NCBI GenBank assembly: GCA_030141605.1
Contig: JAQGDQ010000109.1
Coordinates: 186,001-250,000, forward strand
Source: Tubiluchus corallicola
Taxonomy: Eukaryota; Animalia; Priapulida
DNA: 64,000 nucleotides
Direction: 5' to 3'
Under the pieces are notes generated by a model. That model was not told the DNA's origin, ran no database searches, and saw only the letters and a program-made list of their open reading frames with translations. Position numbers and translations under genes: made by a program. Positions 24,709 to 38,200 of the stretch are shown piece by piece (position 1 is the first letter of the stretch; each line of letters opens with the position of its first letter).

Positions 24709-27700
24709 ATGAGATTTCGATTCATTTCTGTACGTTTTCTAATGACGTTTTTATCACGGCGTTTGAGTGTTGCCTCTTTGCTACTGGTGTTAGGGACACT
24801 TGCATTACTTACTCTCAACTATCATCAAACAAGAAGGGTAAGCCTACACATCTTAGTAAAATGTGCTTGCATATACTGCAAATAATGAAAATGGTGGTAT
24901 CTATAATGTTATTTTTCTCTTATTCCAGTACGTATAGTACTAATAATGAACGATGGAAAAGAATCATGTGTGGTATTGTCACCTTGATTGTAAGGGTGGC
25001 GACACAGTTTTGTTGCTGACTCGAGCCCGAAAAAATGCTAATTCATGCAATTGTTGAAGAGGGCTGTACAAAAATAGTGAAAATGCAGAGTTTACGCTGA
25101 TCTGTTTTTAAACAATCGGTTTGAACTGTTGACAATAAGCAGTAATTGTGCTTCTTTCGGCTAGTCGATCTGAAATTGTTGTGTTTAAATCAAACTGGCC
25201 ATGAAAATATTTCTGGCTATAATGGGCAATTTAAAAATTATTATCACATAACGAAAACAACCGCAGCAGTTAGTACTTCATATGTTAACAAATTAGATCC
25301 TAATGAGAAGAAAGGAAGCACACAAATTGCATTGCTTTTGCCAACAAATCTGACAATGTGTTCAGTGCCGGATTTTGCTAGCTAGTTATGGATGACCTGT
25401 TATTAGGCCTACTGGGTGACCACCGAGGGAATTGTTATAGACCACAGTCATATCTGCAGTGTTTTTACTGCACAAAAGAGTTTACAACTACAATAATTAA
25501 AGTCTAATTTATTTGTCCTACGTACTAGAATCGTTTGGTTCACACCGTTACATTAAAAAAGAATTCTTACATACCGCTGTACTTCATTTCTGTAATTGAA
25601 TTAGAAAGACCGTTTTATATAATTCGTGGTTCCTAGTTACACATTCATTAGAATTCCACTGTTCTGACGATAAACAACTGTTTAATTGATAATTATTGTG
25701 ATTTGTGTAAGTTGAGGACCTGTTTTTGCGGCTCACATAAGAAAACGAAAAAAATAGATTTGTGATAAATTTTTGCGCAGTTTACATACTAAGTTAAAAA
25801 ATTTGCAAGAGAGTTGATGTACTAATCTGTCACTTACAGATTGACAAAGTTGTAGAAGAGGCAGGAGCTGATGTAGATAGTTTTAATTACTTGGAAGCCA
25901 GGAAAAGGCAGCAGCTTGTGCAAGGTACCAAGTCAGCTGTCTCACTCGATTTACAGAAACTTGTATTTCACAATGAAGAAGACGCACCGACCATAGCTGT
26001 GGACCTCACAGAAAAAGTCAATCACAGCGGTGTGTCTAAAATAAGTCGATCAGCAAGTGATATTAGAGGCAGACTTCAAGAAGTCATAAGGAAACCGAAA
26101 CCTCACTATTTGGGACAGGACACTTCTACTTTCAAAAATAGTTATCATTATAATTACCAGAGAATTAATTATCCACAATTACAGAATACCGATGGATATC
26201 AGATCAATGTACCTAGAAACGTCCCGAGTACGACGTCGCAATTAGAAGCGTTTAAAACTTTCCAGAAGGTTGATCCAGCAGTTTACAGTGAAAAATGGAT
26301 CGTAATAACTAGTATCCATAGACCTACCGCCGATGTGAAACAACTGTCTTCTATAGCAGGTTGGAAGGTGGTAGTAGTGGGCGACAGAAAGACGCCACCA
26401 GATTGGAGGTACGTTTTAAGCCTGTATTGAAATTCTTCTTAGATGTGCCTTGACGGAACTATTAAATTATTACATTTAATTTACATTGTTACATTTATTA
26501 CATTAGTACAAATTATTGCATTTATATTACTACGTAAGACATCCGGAATGTGTTATGCGTTATGCGTATGCAAGCGCGTATAAACAATCTAAGAGGAATA
26601 GTTGTGGAAAAAATAACGCCATAACGCTGGTCTGATAAACGGATGCATCAAAAACAATACAAAGTGATTTTGCGCAATAACGCTTTCCGGATGTCTTGTA
26701 AACGCCGCTTTCATGGATCCCACAACTGTTGTGATGAAGACGTTAAAATGAATTCTAAAAGCTCACTAATCGCTCCGGCATTTCTAAGTGTCAGTAAACT
26801 GTTAAAATATTAAACTTAACATAATGAACTTAACATTGCAATTCTCTATTTAATTAGTTATTCGTTATCATTATAAAACTAAAATAAGTGTACAGCGCTT
26901 TGTAAATTTCCTTAATTTTCTTTGCAGCGTCAAGTTCGTTTTTGTACTCCATGTTTCGTGAACCTCCAAAATCTGTTATTTTGTGCAAAGAAACTTCTAA
27001 ACAAAAAATGAATTTTTTGTACACTAAACTGAATAACCTTAACCTTATTTAGTCAAAAAATTATGTCCTTTCAATGAATGTAGCAATGATGTACTAAGAG
27101 GTGTTTCATATTTTCCTTTTATCAATAATATCGCCATTGATCGCTGCTGCTACGCCTACTACTGTGTTGCTGTTGCTCACATTATTATTGAAATATTATT
27201 TTTAAAGTCACTTGTATTTTTAATTTTTCATCTTTACATTTACAGTTACCCAAACTGTGTATACCTTAGTGTTGAGAAGCAGATGAATCTTGGTTACAAC
27301 ATAATCCAGTCGTTACCTTGGAATAGTTATTCTCGAAAAAATATTGGCTACCTCTATGCCATACAGGTAAATGGAGAGTCGGCACTTTGTTAATAGGCCT
27401 TGTTGCTTAACCGTCCTTTTTTACGTTGAAGTCACTTCTTATTGAACACGCGATCTTTTGCTTGAGTTCTCCAAAAATAGCACAGCTTTGAAGATTAACA
27501 TTTTTGAAAAGCACGTTTACGTGACAAGTAGACAGTTAACGTTTTTCTTAAGTGCCAACGTACTTTAACTGAATTATATGCTTTTTTGCAGCATGGAGCC
27601 AAATATATATTTGATACTGACGATGACAATCACCCAACAGATGGTTTGCGGGGATTCGTTTACAATGATACTATGTCTGGCTTGGTTTATGCATCGAATC

Positions 27701-29472
27701 AAGGCGGGCAACCAGCTCGCGAAGTAAATCCGTATGCACATTTCGGTCAACCAAGCGTTTGGCCGCGTGGTTACCCACTGGACAAAATAGCATCTAACAT
27801 GACCAGGCTGTATCACAAGTGCCAGATGAAGACCCCGAGTATCCAGCAAGGTGTGGTCAATGGCGACCCTGACGTTGATGCCATTTTCAGATTGACAAGA
27901 AAAAACGAGCACGTCACTTTGAACTTAACGTTTGACAAAACTGCACCATCAGTAGTAATACCTTTTCAAACGTATTCACCGTTTAATTCCCAAAACACAC
28001 TGTATCATTACTCGGCATTCTGGGGTTTGTTGCTGCCTTTCACAACGCCGTTTCGAGTGTGTGACATTTGGAGAGGATACTGGGCGAAAAGACTAATGGA
28101 AGAATTAGATGATACAATAGGATTCGTGGGGCCTAACTGTTTCCAGTTCAGGAATTCGCATTCGTACTTTGATGACGCCGTGGATGAAGAAGATTTATAT
28201 TACAAGAGCACCAAACTCGTGGACCTGCTGAGGTCATTCCGGTGTGCATCCAGCAGATTCTATGATTGTGTCTTGCAGTTGACTGAGATTATGGCCAGGG
28301 CAGATATGTGGAAGGCTGGTGACGTCACGTTAGTTAAGGCCTGGCTAGCTGATCTCAATTTTGTGGGGTATGCGCCTCCACAGAAAAAACGTCGTCGTGA
28401 TTTTATTTGTGACTCAAAAGATTTAAATGGCGTAGAGGTGCAGTTTTATCCGGTGCCACAAGTGACAACTAACATAAATTCAGTGAAAGCAGTCAAAGAA
28501 CTGCAAAACTGGTTCACTGTTAAATCTGTTGAGACTCGTCTGTGCCCAGAATTTATTCCAAAAACAGCAAACTCAAAAACAGAAGTTATCTTCGATGATA
28601 TTTTGTTAATTGTTGTGTTTAATCGATATCACTTTGATGTTATACCTGTGCTGGAAACTTTGTATCGACCCCACTTCCCAAACATTCTGTACTGCGGGGA
28701 GTTTCTTCCAAACAAAACCTTCAACGGTACAGAGTTTTCATTTTATGCCGTGCCAAATATGGGCTTGTACGGACACTACGCATACGAGTGTATGATGGGA
28801 GCGGTCACCATGGGTTATGCCGTTTCTGGCTACCTCCTAATCAACGATGACGTTCGACTAAATATATGGAACCTGCATGGTTTTGATAGGACACGATTGA
28901 TGTTTGAGGATACAAGCCACCAAGTCGCGGACGTTAGCAATGGCTTCATTTGTCGCAAAGATAATATAGAAGTATGCGATGTGCCGCACAAACACAAATG
29001 GTTAAAAATTTATAAGAAACAAGTCTACTCCACTCTAGTTACGCTCAAAAATAACACGCTCAATACTTTGTACAATACGTGCTACAAAAATCTAGTCAAG
29101 TATAACAAAGGTGAATACAAAATAAATTTTAAGGTTTCTGACGTGTATTATATTCCCACTGAATTTGCTCAGAAATTTTATCAGCTTGCTACGGTCTTTC
29201 GAGAAGGACCAGTTTTTGTCGGTTTAGCCGTTCCAACGATAATCCGATGTCTGGACAATCCAGATAACGTTCAACATCTAAACCACCTTTTCTTGTGGAC
29301 AGATAGGGAGGAGGGCGCTGCATGGACACGTTGGAAAGAGAGTCAAACTTATCACTCCTTTCATCCATATAAGCTCAGTCCATTGTTAGTTGGTGAGCAA
29401 AACAATGTGAAACATTTCTGTAAAGATGTTTTGCCCATGTTTTACTCTTACAGACCATATTATTGGAGGTGA
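24709..29472 (+). CDS. STELLO/DUF288-like glycosyltransferase-like type II membrane protein, about 899 aa, 4 exons
   Basis: Exons 24709-24837 (N-terminal hydrophobic anchor), 25840-26408, 27246-27366, 27592-29472; frame-consistent, 2700 nt. STELLO-type motifs: KWIVITSI, WKVVVVGDRKTPPDW, NSYSRKNIGYLYAIQHGAKYIFDTDDDN, NPYAHFGQPSVWPRGYPL, QGVVNGDPDVDAIFRL, PFNSQNT, RVCDIWRGYW, and C-terminal GYLLINDDV. The exact start ATG is less certain. Confidence 0.88.
26536..26697. mobile_element. Small MITE (possibly PIF/Harbinger-type) in STELLO-like intron 2
   Basis: Inverted ends AAGACATCCGGAATGTGTTAT and ATAACGCTTTCCGGATGTCTT (19/21). TAA on the left and TTG on the right could be a degraded TWA target site. 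Confidence 0.65.
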
Positions 29473-30993
29473 GCTAGGTACTTGAGCAGCCCAGTGCAAC
29501 TACTGTTTCACTAGAGTTACTGCAGAAAAAAAAAGAACGAATAGATGTAATTGTTTTCAGAAATGCTATAATCTCAGTGATCCTGATAAAAAACTAAAAA
29601 TTAGAAAATGTTATATATTGCAAAAAAGTATGTGAACTTCATGTAAATAACAATCGCCTTATACTGAAATAAAAAGTAAGTTGAATGGTGCAAATGCTGC
29701 TAAATAAGTATAAATTTCGAACTCTCTCTACAGTAGTTGTTTGTATAATAAAATTGATCATTGCTTTTCTAGAGCTAAATGATATATTCTTGAATACTTG
29801 TTTACGTTTTTTGGTAAATTTAAGTGGATGATTCGAGGACAAGGACAAATGCATTTTAAAATTGCGCCTGTTATTGCATTATATGATTCAAAGTGAAAAA
29901 ATCTGTCTGTCTGGTGCATTACTGCAGATAAGCAGTCTTTTTTTAGTGTGCAGGTACGGTTTAAAACGGAGGTATTAATGTCCAAAACCAGACTACCTTA
30001 TGGATTTGCTTAAATAGTAAAGTTATTAAATTAAGCATATATTTTAACATATTGAACATTCTGACATTTCAGTGAACATATGTGCCATGTTACATAAGGA
30101 GTTGTAACATAAGTAACTTTAGAAAAATATTTGTGATAATTAGTCAGACTTCAGTCGTAACACAGTATTACAATGATCCATCGCTAGTAGTAATTAGATT
30201 CTGCTGCTTATTCCTAAATACCAAAGTGCAAAAGAAAGAATCATGCACTAATGCATGGCAAGGGAAACCCGATTATGAACATGTACGTCCATGAGAACTA
30301 GTCTTAAAGTGTGATGTATCAAATGTAACAGATCTTTTTATTGCGCAATGCAAGAGCAAGTGGTTTAACTGTTATGATGGTAACGTTCCTCTGCTGTCAC
30401 CAGACAATAGACATCCGTGACATATTGTTGTCGAATAGTAAGCCAAGAGCAGAAATGTTGTCATTGCCTAAACTTATTGGTCGTTTCTTACTTAAGGTGA
30501 CATGTGGAATGATTCGCTTTCACTTTTAGCTTTAGATTTTTAAGTGGCATTCTTGAACAATTAAGTGATCTGCTTGGTGGTCAAACTCATTGCTTGACAT
30601 AGGACATTATAATAAAAGATAGTCAAGCAACTTTCACCGTTTCCATTGAAATCGTCTAGGCTCCGGACTAATTAGACATATAAACTAGAAGAGTCTGTAG
30701 CTAAAAGTACAGTAAAACGCCGGAAATCAAATTCGTCCTACTCGGTCATTTTACTCGAAGTTTGTGCTAATTTTTCATTGATTAAGTGACTCTCATTAAT
30801 AAATATAGGCCACAACATTACAGATAATGCACAAGCAAATGAGTTAGTACAAAACTTGTGAAGTGTGACATAAATATTATTTGCACTTACATCGATAACA
30901 AAGTTCGAATTCCGTTGAATGATCGACACCTTTTGCACACTTGACCAATTATTGAGCAGAGCTCAATGATTAGGTGCATAAACGTGTTTAGAA

Positions 30994-33900
30994 ATGGCTG
31001 ACTTAAGAATTATTGGCTTGTTGTGTTTTTGTGCTTTAAGTGCTGTGGTACAAGCCGACGATCCAAATTATGTTATAGGAGCAGGAATATACGATATAAC
31101 TGGTCCTGCAGGAAGTATCCCAATGGTAACATCCGCCCAGCCATATTACCTTTTGATGTGATAATAAAAGTAGATAAGCATTAATTCAGTTTAATGATGA
31201 GTTTTGTCAGAAAGTTTAATATTATCACTTTTTTAACAAATATTCTAACATTCATCGGCATTTATGCTGTTTCTGGTTGTAAAATTAACTTTCAAAACAA
31301 TTAAAACTTGAAAATTATGTTGATGCACGTTTCTTGGTTTATAAGCTGCCTGTACGTAGACTATTTCAATACTTTCGTTTTAAGTAAAGCTCGCAGAGTT
31401 ATTGCATTATTTAATTATGCTAACGCCGCTTAAGGTTTTCTCTAAAATTCAGTTGAATATTTTTTACAAATAAATTCCTAATGTAGTCTTTTGAAAAAAC
31501 TATGCCAATTTTATTATTGCGAATTTGCATTTGCGATTCGTGTAAATGTTGGCAATATAGGTTTGATTCAATTACACCAAACCACATCTATTTTATTATA
31601 TTGCAAACAGTCCAGAATTGCAGATTTAATGCTCTAAATAATGTATACGTATAGATGGGTTTTGCTAGACTATCCATGACCACACAAGGAATACACCAGC
31701 GCCTATACGCAAGAGCATTCGTTATTGCAGAGATCACAAATCCCAGTCAGCGAGCAGTGTTTGTTAGTTGTGATATAGGCATGGCTTCGCAGCTTGTTAC
31801 TATTGAGGTAGGTCCGCATCTTGATTAAATAAATTGGTCATAAGGAACATCAGTTTTTTGAATGACTTGTGAGAAAACTAATAGTAATATGTACGATCTA
31901 TTACATACTACATGGAAAGTGGCAATTGGTAAAGCCCATAAATCAATGACTTTGTCATAGTTAGTTCATGCACCGTTTGGTAAAGTTTTCTAAGTAGTAA
32001 ACTATATTTAATTTACTGTATTTCTTTGTTTCAACGACTGTACACATGGCTGCTACTGAGCTACTACTACATCCTGCCCAACATTACTGAACAAATTATC
32101 AATTTCTGTTGACTATATATTCAGGTAATGAGTAAAATACAGAGGTAAAATATAAAGACAGTTTTGCCATACCAATAATGAACAAATCTGGTTTACCTTT
32201 AGTTTCACTTAAAGCAGGTTCATAAAGCAGCAATATCACAGTCTGTAATATTTTTCATCTTTGCAAAATAACTTAGTACTTTACGTACATGATATTGTTT
32301 TTGGTATGCTATTATTTTTCTTATTAATAAATGTATTTATGTATGATTTATATGTTTATCTGTAACCAAAACAAAACAAAACAAAACAAAATCCTTTGTT
32401 TGCTATTTTGCCCGAAAGTAACATGTTCTCTCCTACCATGCAAATTAAATTGTTCGGTTAAGTAAATTTAAGTATAAGATTAGTTCTGCAATTTTCAGTT
32501 CGTACGCACTTCATATCTGTGCAAAAAAAAAACCGAATACCCCAAACCGTCAGTTTTTGCTCTTTAGTTCTACAGAGCCAATTAACAAAATTCAATATAG
32601 GTTATTTCAGTACTTCGAAACAATGTGTCGCAAGATCAGGATAAGGCAATTCTTCTTTCCAAACTGTCAGCGACCTTACAGAAAAAGAATAAATTATAAC
32701 AAAAATGGAAAGCATAAATTGTATACGCGCATTTCCTTGTTCATTCAGGTGATGAGTAAACTGAAAGTAAGATTTGGTGGTCTTTACACGGAGAACAATG
32801 TCATAATTAGTGGCACGCATACACATTCTGGACCTGGAGGCTACCTTCAGTATGCTCTGTATGCTATATCTGTACTGGGATTTCTACCTGAATCGTTTGA
32901 TGTAATTGTTGATGGTATTGTTGAGGTACGTCTCTAATTCGCCACCTTTTAGGAAAAAAGTTGCAAAAGAAAATTTACAGAGCACAACCATTTTTAAGTA
33001 TTACTTGGTGACTCGTTTACCGACACATCATTACTGTCATCGACATCATCACGTCATCACATCGTCGTCGTCGTCGTCGTCACCATGATCAACATTCATC
33101 TTTTTACTTTTATTAATATGTATAGTCACCTTCTATTAAATTTCTTCAAGTCTGTTGCAGTATTTAGATTGGTAAACATTTAGATGGACAAATATTTAGG
33201 CAAAGCAATGGCAAAGTTTTAGGTATAATTGCTTTTCGTATCTCCCAACTTAGTGGTTCCCCTTAGAGGACTCACCTTACTAGTGACGTAGATTCTGGCC
33301 CTACCAGAGCCATCTACATCAAGTAGACCTTGCGGTGAGAGCTGCATATCGATTTGCAGGATGTCAAACGGATTACAGAATTGAAAAGATCCGATTTAAG
33401 AGTCATTTCAAAATTTGCACAAGATCAACCTTATCGTACATTTTTATTTAGCGTTTAATCATTAAATATTAAATTAAGAATGAAAATCATTGCTTGAGAA
33501 TAGTTCATTTAGTTTAGATACACAAAGGCAGAAAAGCAACGCCACAAAGAAGAAGAAACTGAAAATCTTATATTGGATCAAATAAATTACATTTTGATTT
33601 GAATTTAATTGCAAACGAAACCACTTTTTTGCAGAGCATTGCATTGGCACATAGTAACATGCAGCCTGGTTACCTTTACATAAATCAAGGAGAGTTGTAC
33701 GGCACTAATATTAATAGGAGCCCAACTTCCTACCTGCGCAATCCTCAAGAAGAAAGGGCAAGGTATTGATGCAGGAAAAATACATACGAATTGTGCTGAG
33801 ATTCTTAGTATTAAAATTCTTATTAAAAATGTTTAGTATTCGTATTAAAAATCTTTTTAGTACGACTGGATTACATCGGATGGCCAGAAAAAAACTTTCC

Positions 33901-35183
33901 TTGATATGAAGTTGAATAACTTTAGCTATTCAAATCTTGAAAGCTGTACAGTCTGCATGAAAGCAGCCGTATGTCTGTTAATGATGCAAATTTTGGAAAT
34001 CTAAGTGCCACAGTTTCATCGCAGCAAAAAATAAAGAAAAAAAAACAATTAGAAGGAGCATGTCGGAGACAAGGATGACATTTGCCAGCCAGTATGTTCG
34101 TAGGTTTGATAAAGCTGGACATTGCATTTTTTGGGCCTAGATTACTCAAGAGATTTAGAGATTTTAAGGCTTTTGTAGTCACCAAAATGATAACTGGCTA
34201 CTTTGGAATGTCCATCCAATCCATCCAAGACAAAAAGACATTTATTGTAAATAAACTCATGGAGAAAATTAAGAGAGCAAGCCGCCTCTCTTTTAGGAAG
34301 AAGTGACTGAGAATGGAAAGATGTTAAATTTGTTTAAATACACTGATTTCATATGTTTTAATAAATTTTTCCTGGCACATCATTTTTGAAACATAGTTGT
34401 TTTTTACAATTGATTCTTGAAGCGGCATTTACAAACGTGAGAAAAACTCCAGTTACTGGATATTGAATCATATAAAGTTTTTCTGGGTGTATGGTACAAA
34501 CACACAACACATACAAAACTAACGTGACATACGGTTTCATTATTTCGTTATATAATATGTATATTTTGTGCACCTCTCTCTGATAATTATTTTTAAAGAC
34601 CCGAAAGACTTAATTCATTGTACTACGACCAGCACGATCAGCAAAAATCAGACAAGCAGTCTTAGCAAATTTTTGAAGCAAACGAATATATACAGCTACA
34701 ATCAATACAGCTAGTAATCAGTGCAGATGACTAATAGGTATACAGGTATGTCAGTAAAATGTTGACGCCAAGAAAAGACCATGCATGTCTTACGTTAATT
34801 CTGTTTTTAGGTATGAATTTGACACAGACAAAACAATGTGGATCTTGAAAATGGTAGATGCGAATAATCAAGGAATTGGACTTATAACGTATGTACGGTT
34901 TTGTTGTATCTTGACCGACATTGTTTAAGACTGTGAAGAAGTTTAATGTTAATACCAGTATTAAACAAACCTGAATGAATTCAGGTATAAGTCCGCGAGC
35001 GTAACGCCGCTAGTGTGTTTACACCTGATTATACCTGGTCGAGTGTTGTTTGGTTTTTATAATTACCTCAAAGCAGACGATAAGAGGAGACCAATATCTC
35101 AAATTTCCAGCATAAATGTGGCTAAGTGCGTGCGTGCGTGCGTGCGCGTGTGTGTGTGCGCGCGCGCGCGCGTGCGTGCGTGC

Positions 35184-35225
<42 letters not shown>

Positions 35226-38200
35226 AGATTATTACGCCGAAGCACTTGACGATGCTCGTGAGTAATTTGAAATTTATTTTTGGGGTTGTATAATTTTCAC
35301 ATTTTGGCTTCTGTCTCGGATTTGTAAACAAACCTTGGGAAATTACTGATACACGCTTCAGTTAGCTGCACAATACCCCTAAATTTTTTTAATTATTTCT
35401 CATAATAGTCCAGTTGCAGAGTAACTAATAGTATTGTGACCTACTCTGTTACCATTTTTTACAAACTCCATTGATGTCTTAGTACACTTATAACATATTA
35501 CATATTACGAACTATATGTAATAGATATCTATTATCAAGATACAAACCAAAGATGTGTATCCCAAAGCCGTAAAACAATGAAATGTGGATAATAAGTAAA
35601 TTACATGCAAACCCTTTTCATTAGATGGTTTGCTGTTCATCCGGTCAGCATGAACAACACCAATCATGTAATTAGCGGCGACAACAAAGGATACGCGTCA
35701 TATCTGTTTGAAAAGAAAATGAATCCCGAAGATTTACCTGGAAAGGTAAGGAGCTCCTTGGAGCCAATAAGCAACAAATTAACTATTTTTTATACTAGTG
35801 ACATTTTAAAGATTTGAGATAGTGTTGATTTGTTGCTTAAACTTGGAGAATGATGGATGAAATATTGGCATAACTATGAAAAATAAATAATCTTTTAGGT
35901 AGCCTTTTGATAGCGATTCACTTCGTTTTACGTTACCTGATGACAGAAGTTGAAACGTCGTTTAAAAGTTATTATGAAGTTTTTTTTAAATAAATTTGTC
36001 TAGGCTGCCTGACATCATTTATTACAGTTAAGTGATAAATTTAATAAAGATCATTAATGAAGATTATTAATAAAACGTCATTTCAGGGAAAATTCGTGGC
36101 TGCTTTTGCGTCGTCTAATTTGGGTGACGTTAGTCCAAATACTCGAGGACCAAGATGTCAGGATACAGGCGAGTTTTGCGATATGTTTGAAAGCACGTGT
36201 AATGGCCGTGTAAGTGTTTACTGGAATTATATAATCATCATTATTTAAAAACGTTTTCACTAGATTTCCACGCTTCTTAACAGACGGGGGATACGCAGTC
36301 TGACGTACAAGACAGTGTGAAGACATGTAAAACATTGGCTTGCTTTTGCTTTGTTATTTGTTTCCTTCAAACTTTTATTTGCTTGCTGTAGCTTATATGA
36401 AGTACAAGAATAATACACGCGTCAAGTGAATCGTGGCAACTTAGATTTTCTCGTTTCAATTTTAGAATCAACTCTGCATTGCATCTGGACCGGGGAAAGA
36501 CATGACTGAGAGCACAGAAATTATTGGGGCTAATCAGTTTCGGAAAGCGTGGGAGTTGTGGAGTGACGCCACTCAGCGGCTGACAGGAAAAGTTGATTTC
36601 CGACATCAGTTTATCGATATGACTTCGGTTGATGTTACTTACAAAAATGGAATGCAGGTACAAATCAAAATTTAGAACTGTAGACACCCAAAAAATGAGT
36701 GGGGACCACATATTTTCCCTTACATGAAGTTAAGTAGTTCTTTTTATTCGACAGCGAGATATGTAAGCAATGAGCGACAAAATAATGGGAAGCTAAAATT
36801 CACGGCTCGCTTATTTGTCAATTTATAAATTAATTTGTTTTTACTTGTTCGTTTATCGGTTTAATTTTATTTATTTATATTCGTGCAGCACCAGTGGCGG
36901 CTCGTAGCTAAAATTAGTGAGGTGCTGCTTCAGACATTTTTAGCCATTGTTTTAATACTGTGCAAAACGAAACAAACGTGTAATTTTAATGTTGTAATTG
37001 TAATTTTAAACAAACAAACATACGAAAGTTTATACATAAATTTGATAAAATCCTAAATAATTTTTTTTTGCTTACTAGAAAACCTAAAATTGTCACAGTT
37101 TAAGCTTGATCCATTCAAGGTGAGCACGTGACAACTGACAACAAACTGTGTGTGCGACAGTACTTCCTCTACCTGGGCTCAAACATGTGCATATTGCCGT
37201 ATGCGCACAACAGCCAAACACCTCGTTGCCGGAGCGCACTGTGTTGGGCTGTGAAGCAAACAGTACAGCTCTCACGTGCTCTGGTTCCGTACAAGTAAAA
37301 AGAAAGAACTAAAGAAAAAAGACTTATTATATTGAATATTATCGATAATATTGAATGTAAATAGGGGGTTCTGCAATTCCACAATACCTATACACGAGCC
37401 GCCACTGATCAGCACACGTTTAAGGCCCATGGTTTTCCACTCATTATTTTTTCACAAAATTGTAGGGCAAAACGTGTAAACCAGCAATGGGATATAGTTT
37501 TGCTGCAGGATGTACAGATGGCGCTGGAGCGTTAAATTTTACACAAGGTTTGACGTTATAATATTAATATTTTATTGATACCTTGCCTTGAAGAGGAATT
37601 TCTTCCATATCATATTAAAATTATGCCTGCCAAAAGCTGCAATGGGTATTCGGCGATATTAAATTCCATATTGCTAGCAACTACAGGTATACCGAGTCAC
37701 AGGCAGATGAAATCTAATATCAGCACGAATCTATTGGTTTGCGTATGTAAAAATTTGATACAACAAATGTTAGGCGTTTGGGATGACGCATGATTGTATC
37801 ATGATTAAAACATAAAAAAAGTGTTTGACAAAACTAATAATTAATCGCAACTGAAGTGCACCAAACCTTGTGTAAATTTGAATTCCAGTGATCGCCTTGG
37901 AAGGGTAGATCTTGGCTTGGCCCATTTTTAAAATCAATAGATTAGTTAAAATCATGGCAATAGAACCTCATGAATATTTTTTGGAAAAAATGTTGCTTCG
38001 TCAAAGCAGATTTGCAACTGAAAAGCGAATTTAATTAAATAAACTGTTCAGTGTTTGAAGATCAATTAAAAAGCGTTTATTTGGCAGGGCAGCACATGTA
38101 AAGCTGCAATGGGGTATAGTTTCGCTGCTGGTACAACAGACGGGCCAGGAGCTTTCAATTTTTCACAAGGTTGGTCTAAATGCTCTTCGCAGCTTCTGAC

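Noticed and set aside
33930-34310. Possible LINE reverse-transcriptase relic (RQG*HLPASMF resembles RQGxxLSPxLF)
   Set aside because: Only one weak, interrupted motif and no YADD box; not supportable without a profile search.
35925-35970. Minimal hammerhead-like string CTGATGA-CAGAAGTT-GAAACGTC in ceramidase intron 6
   Set aside because: Stem II cannot close (C opposite T) and stem I is very weak; at most a decayed relic.
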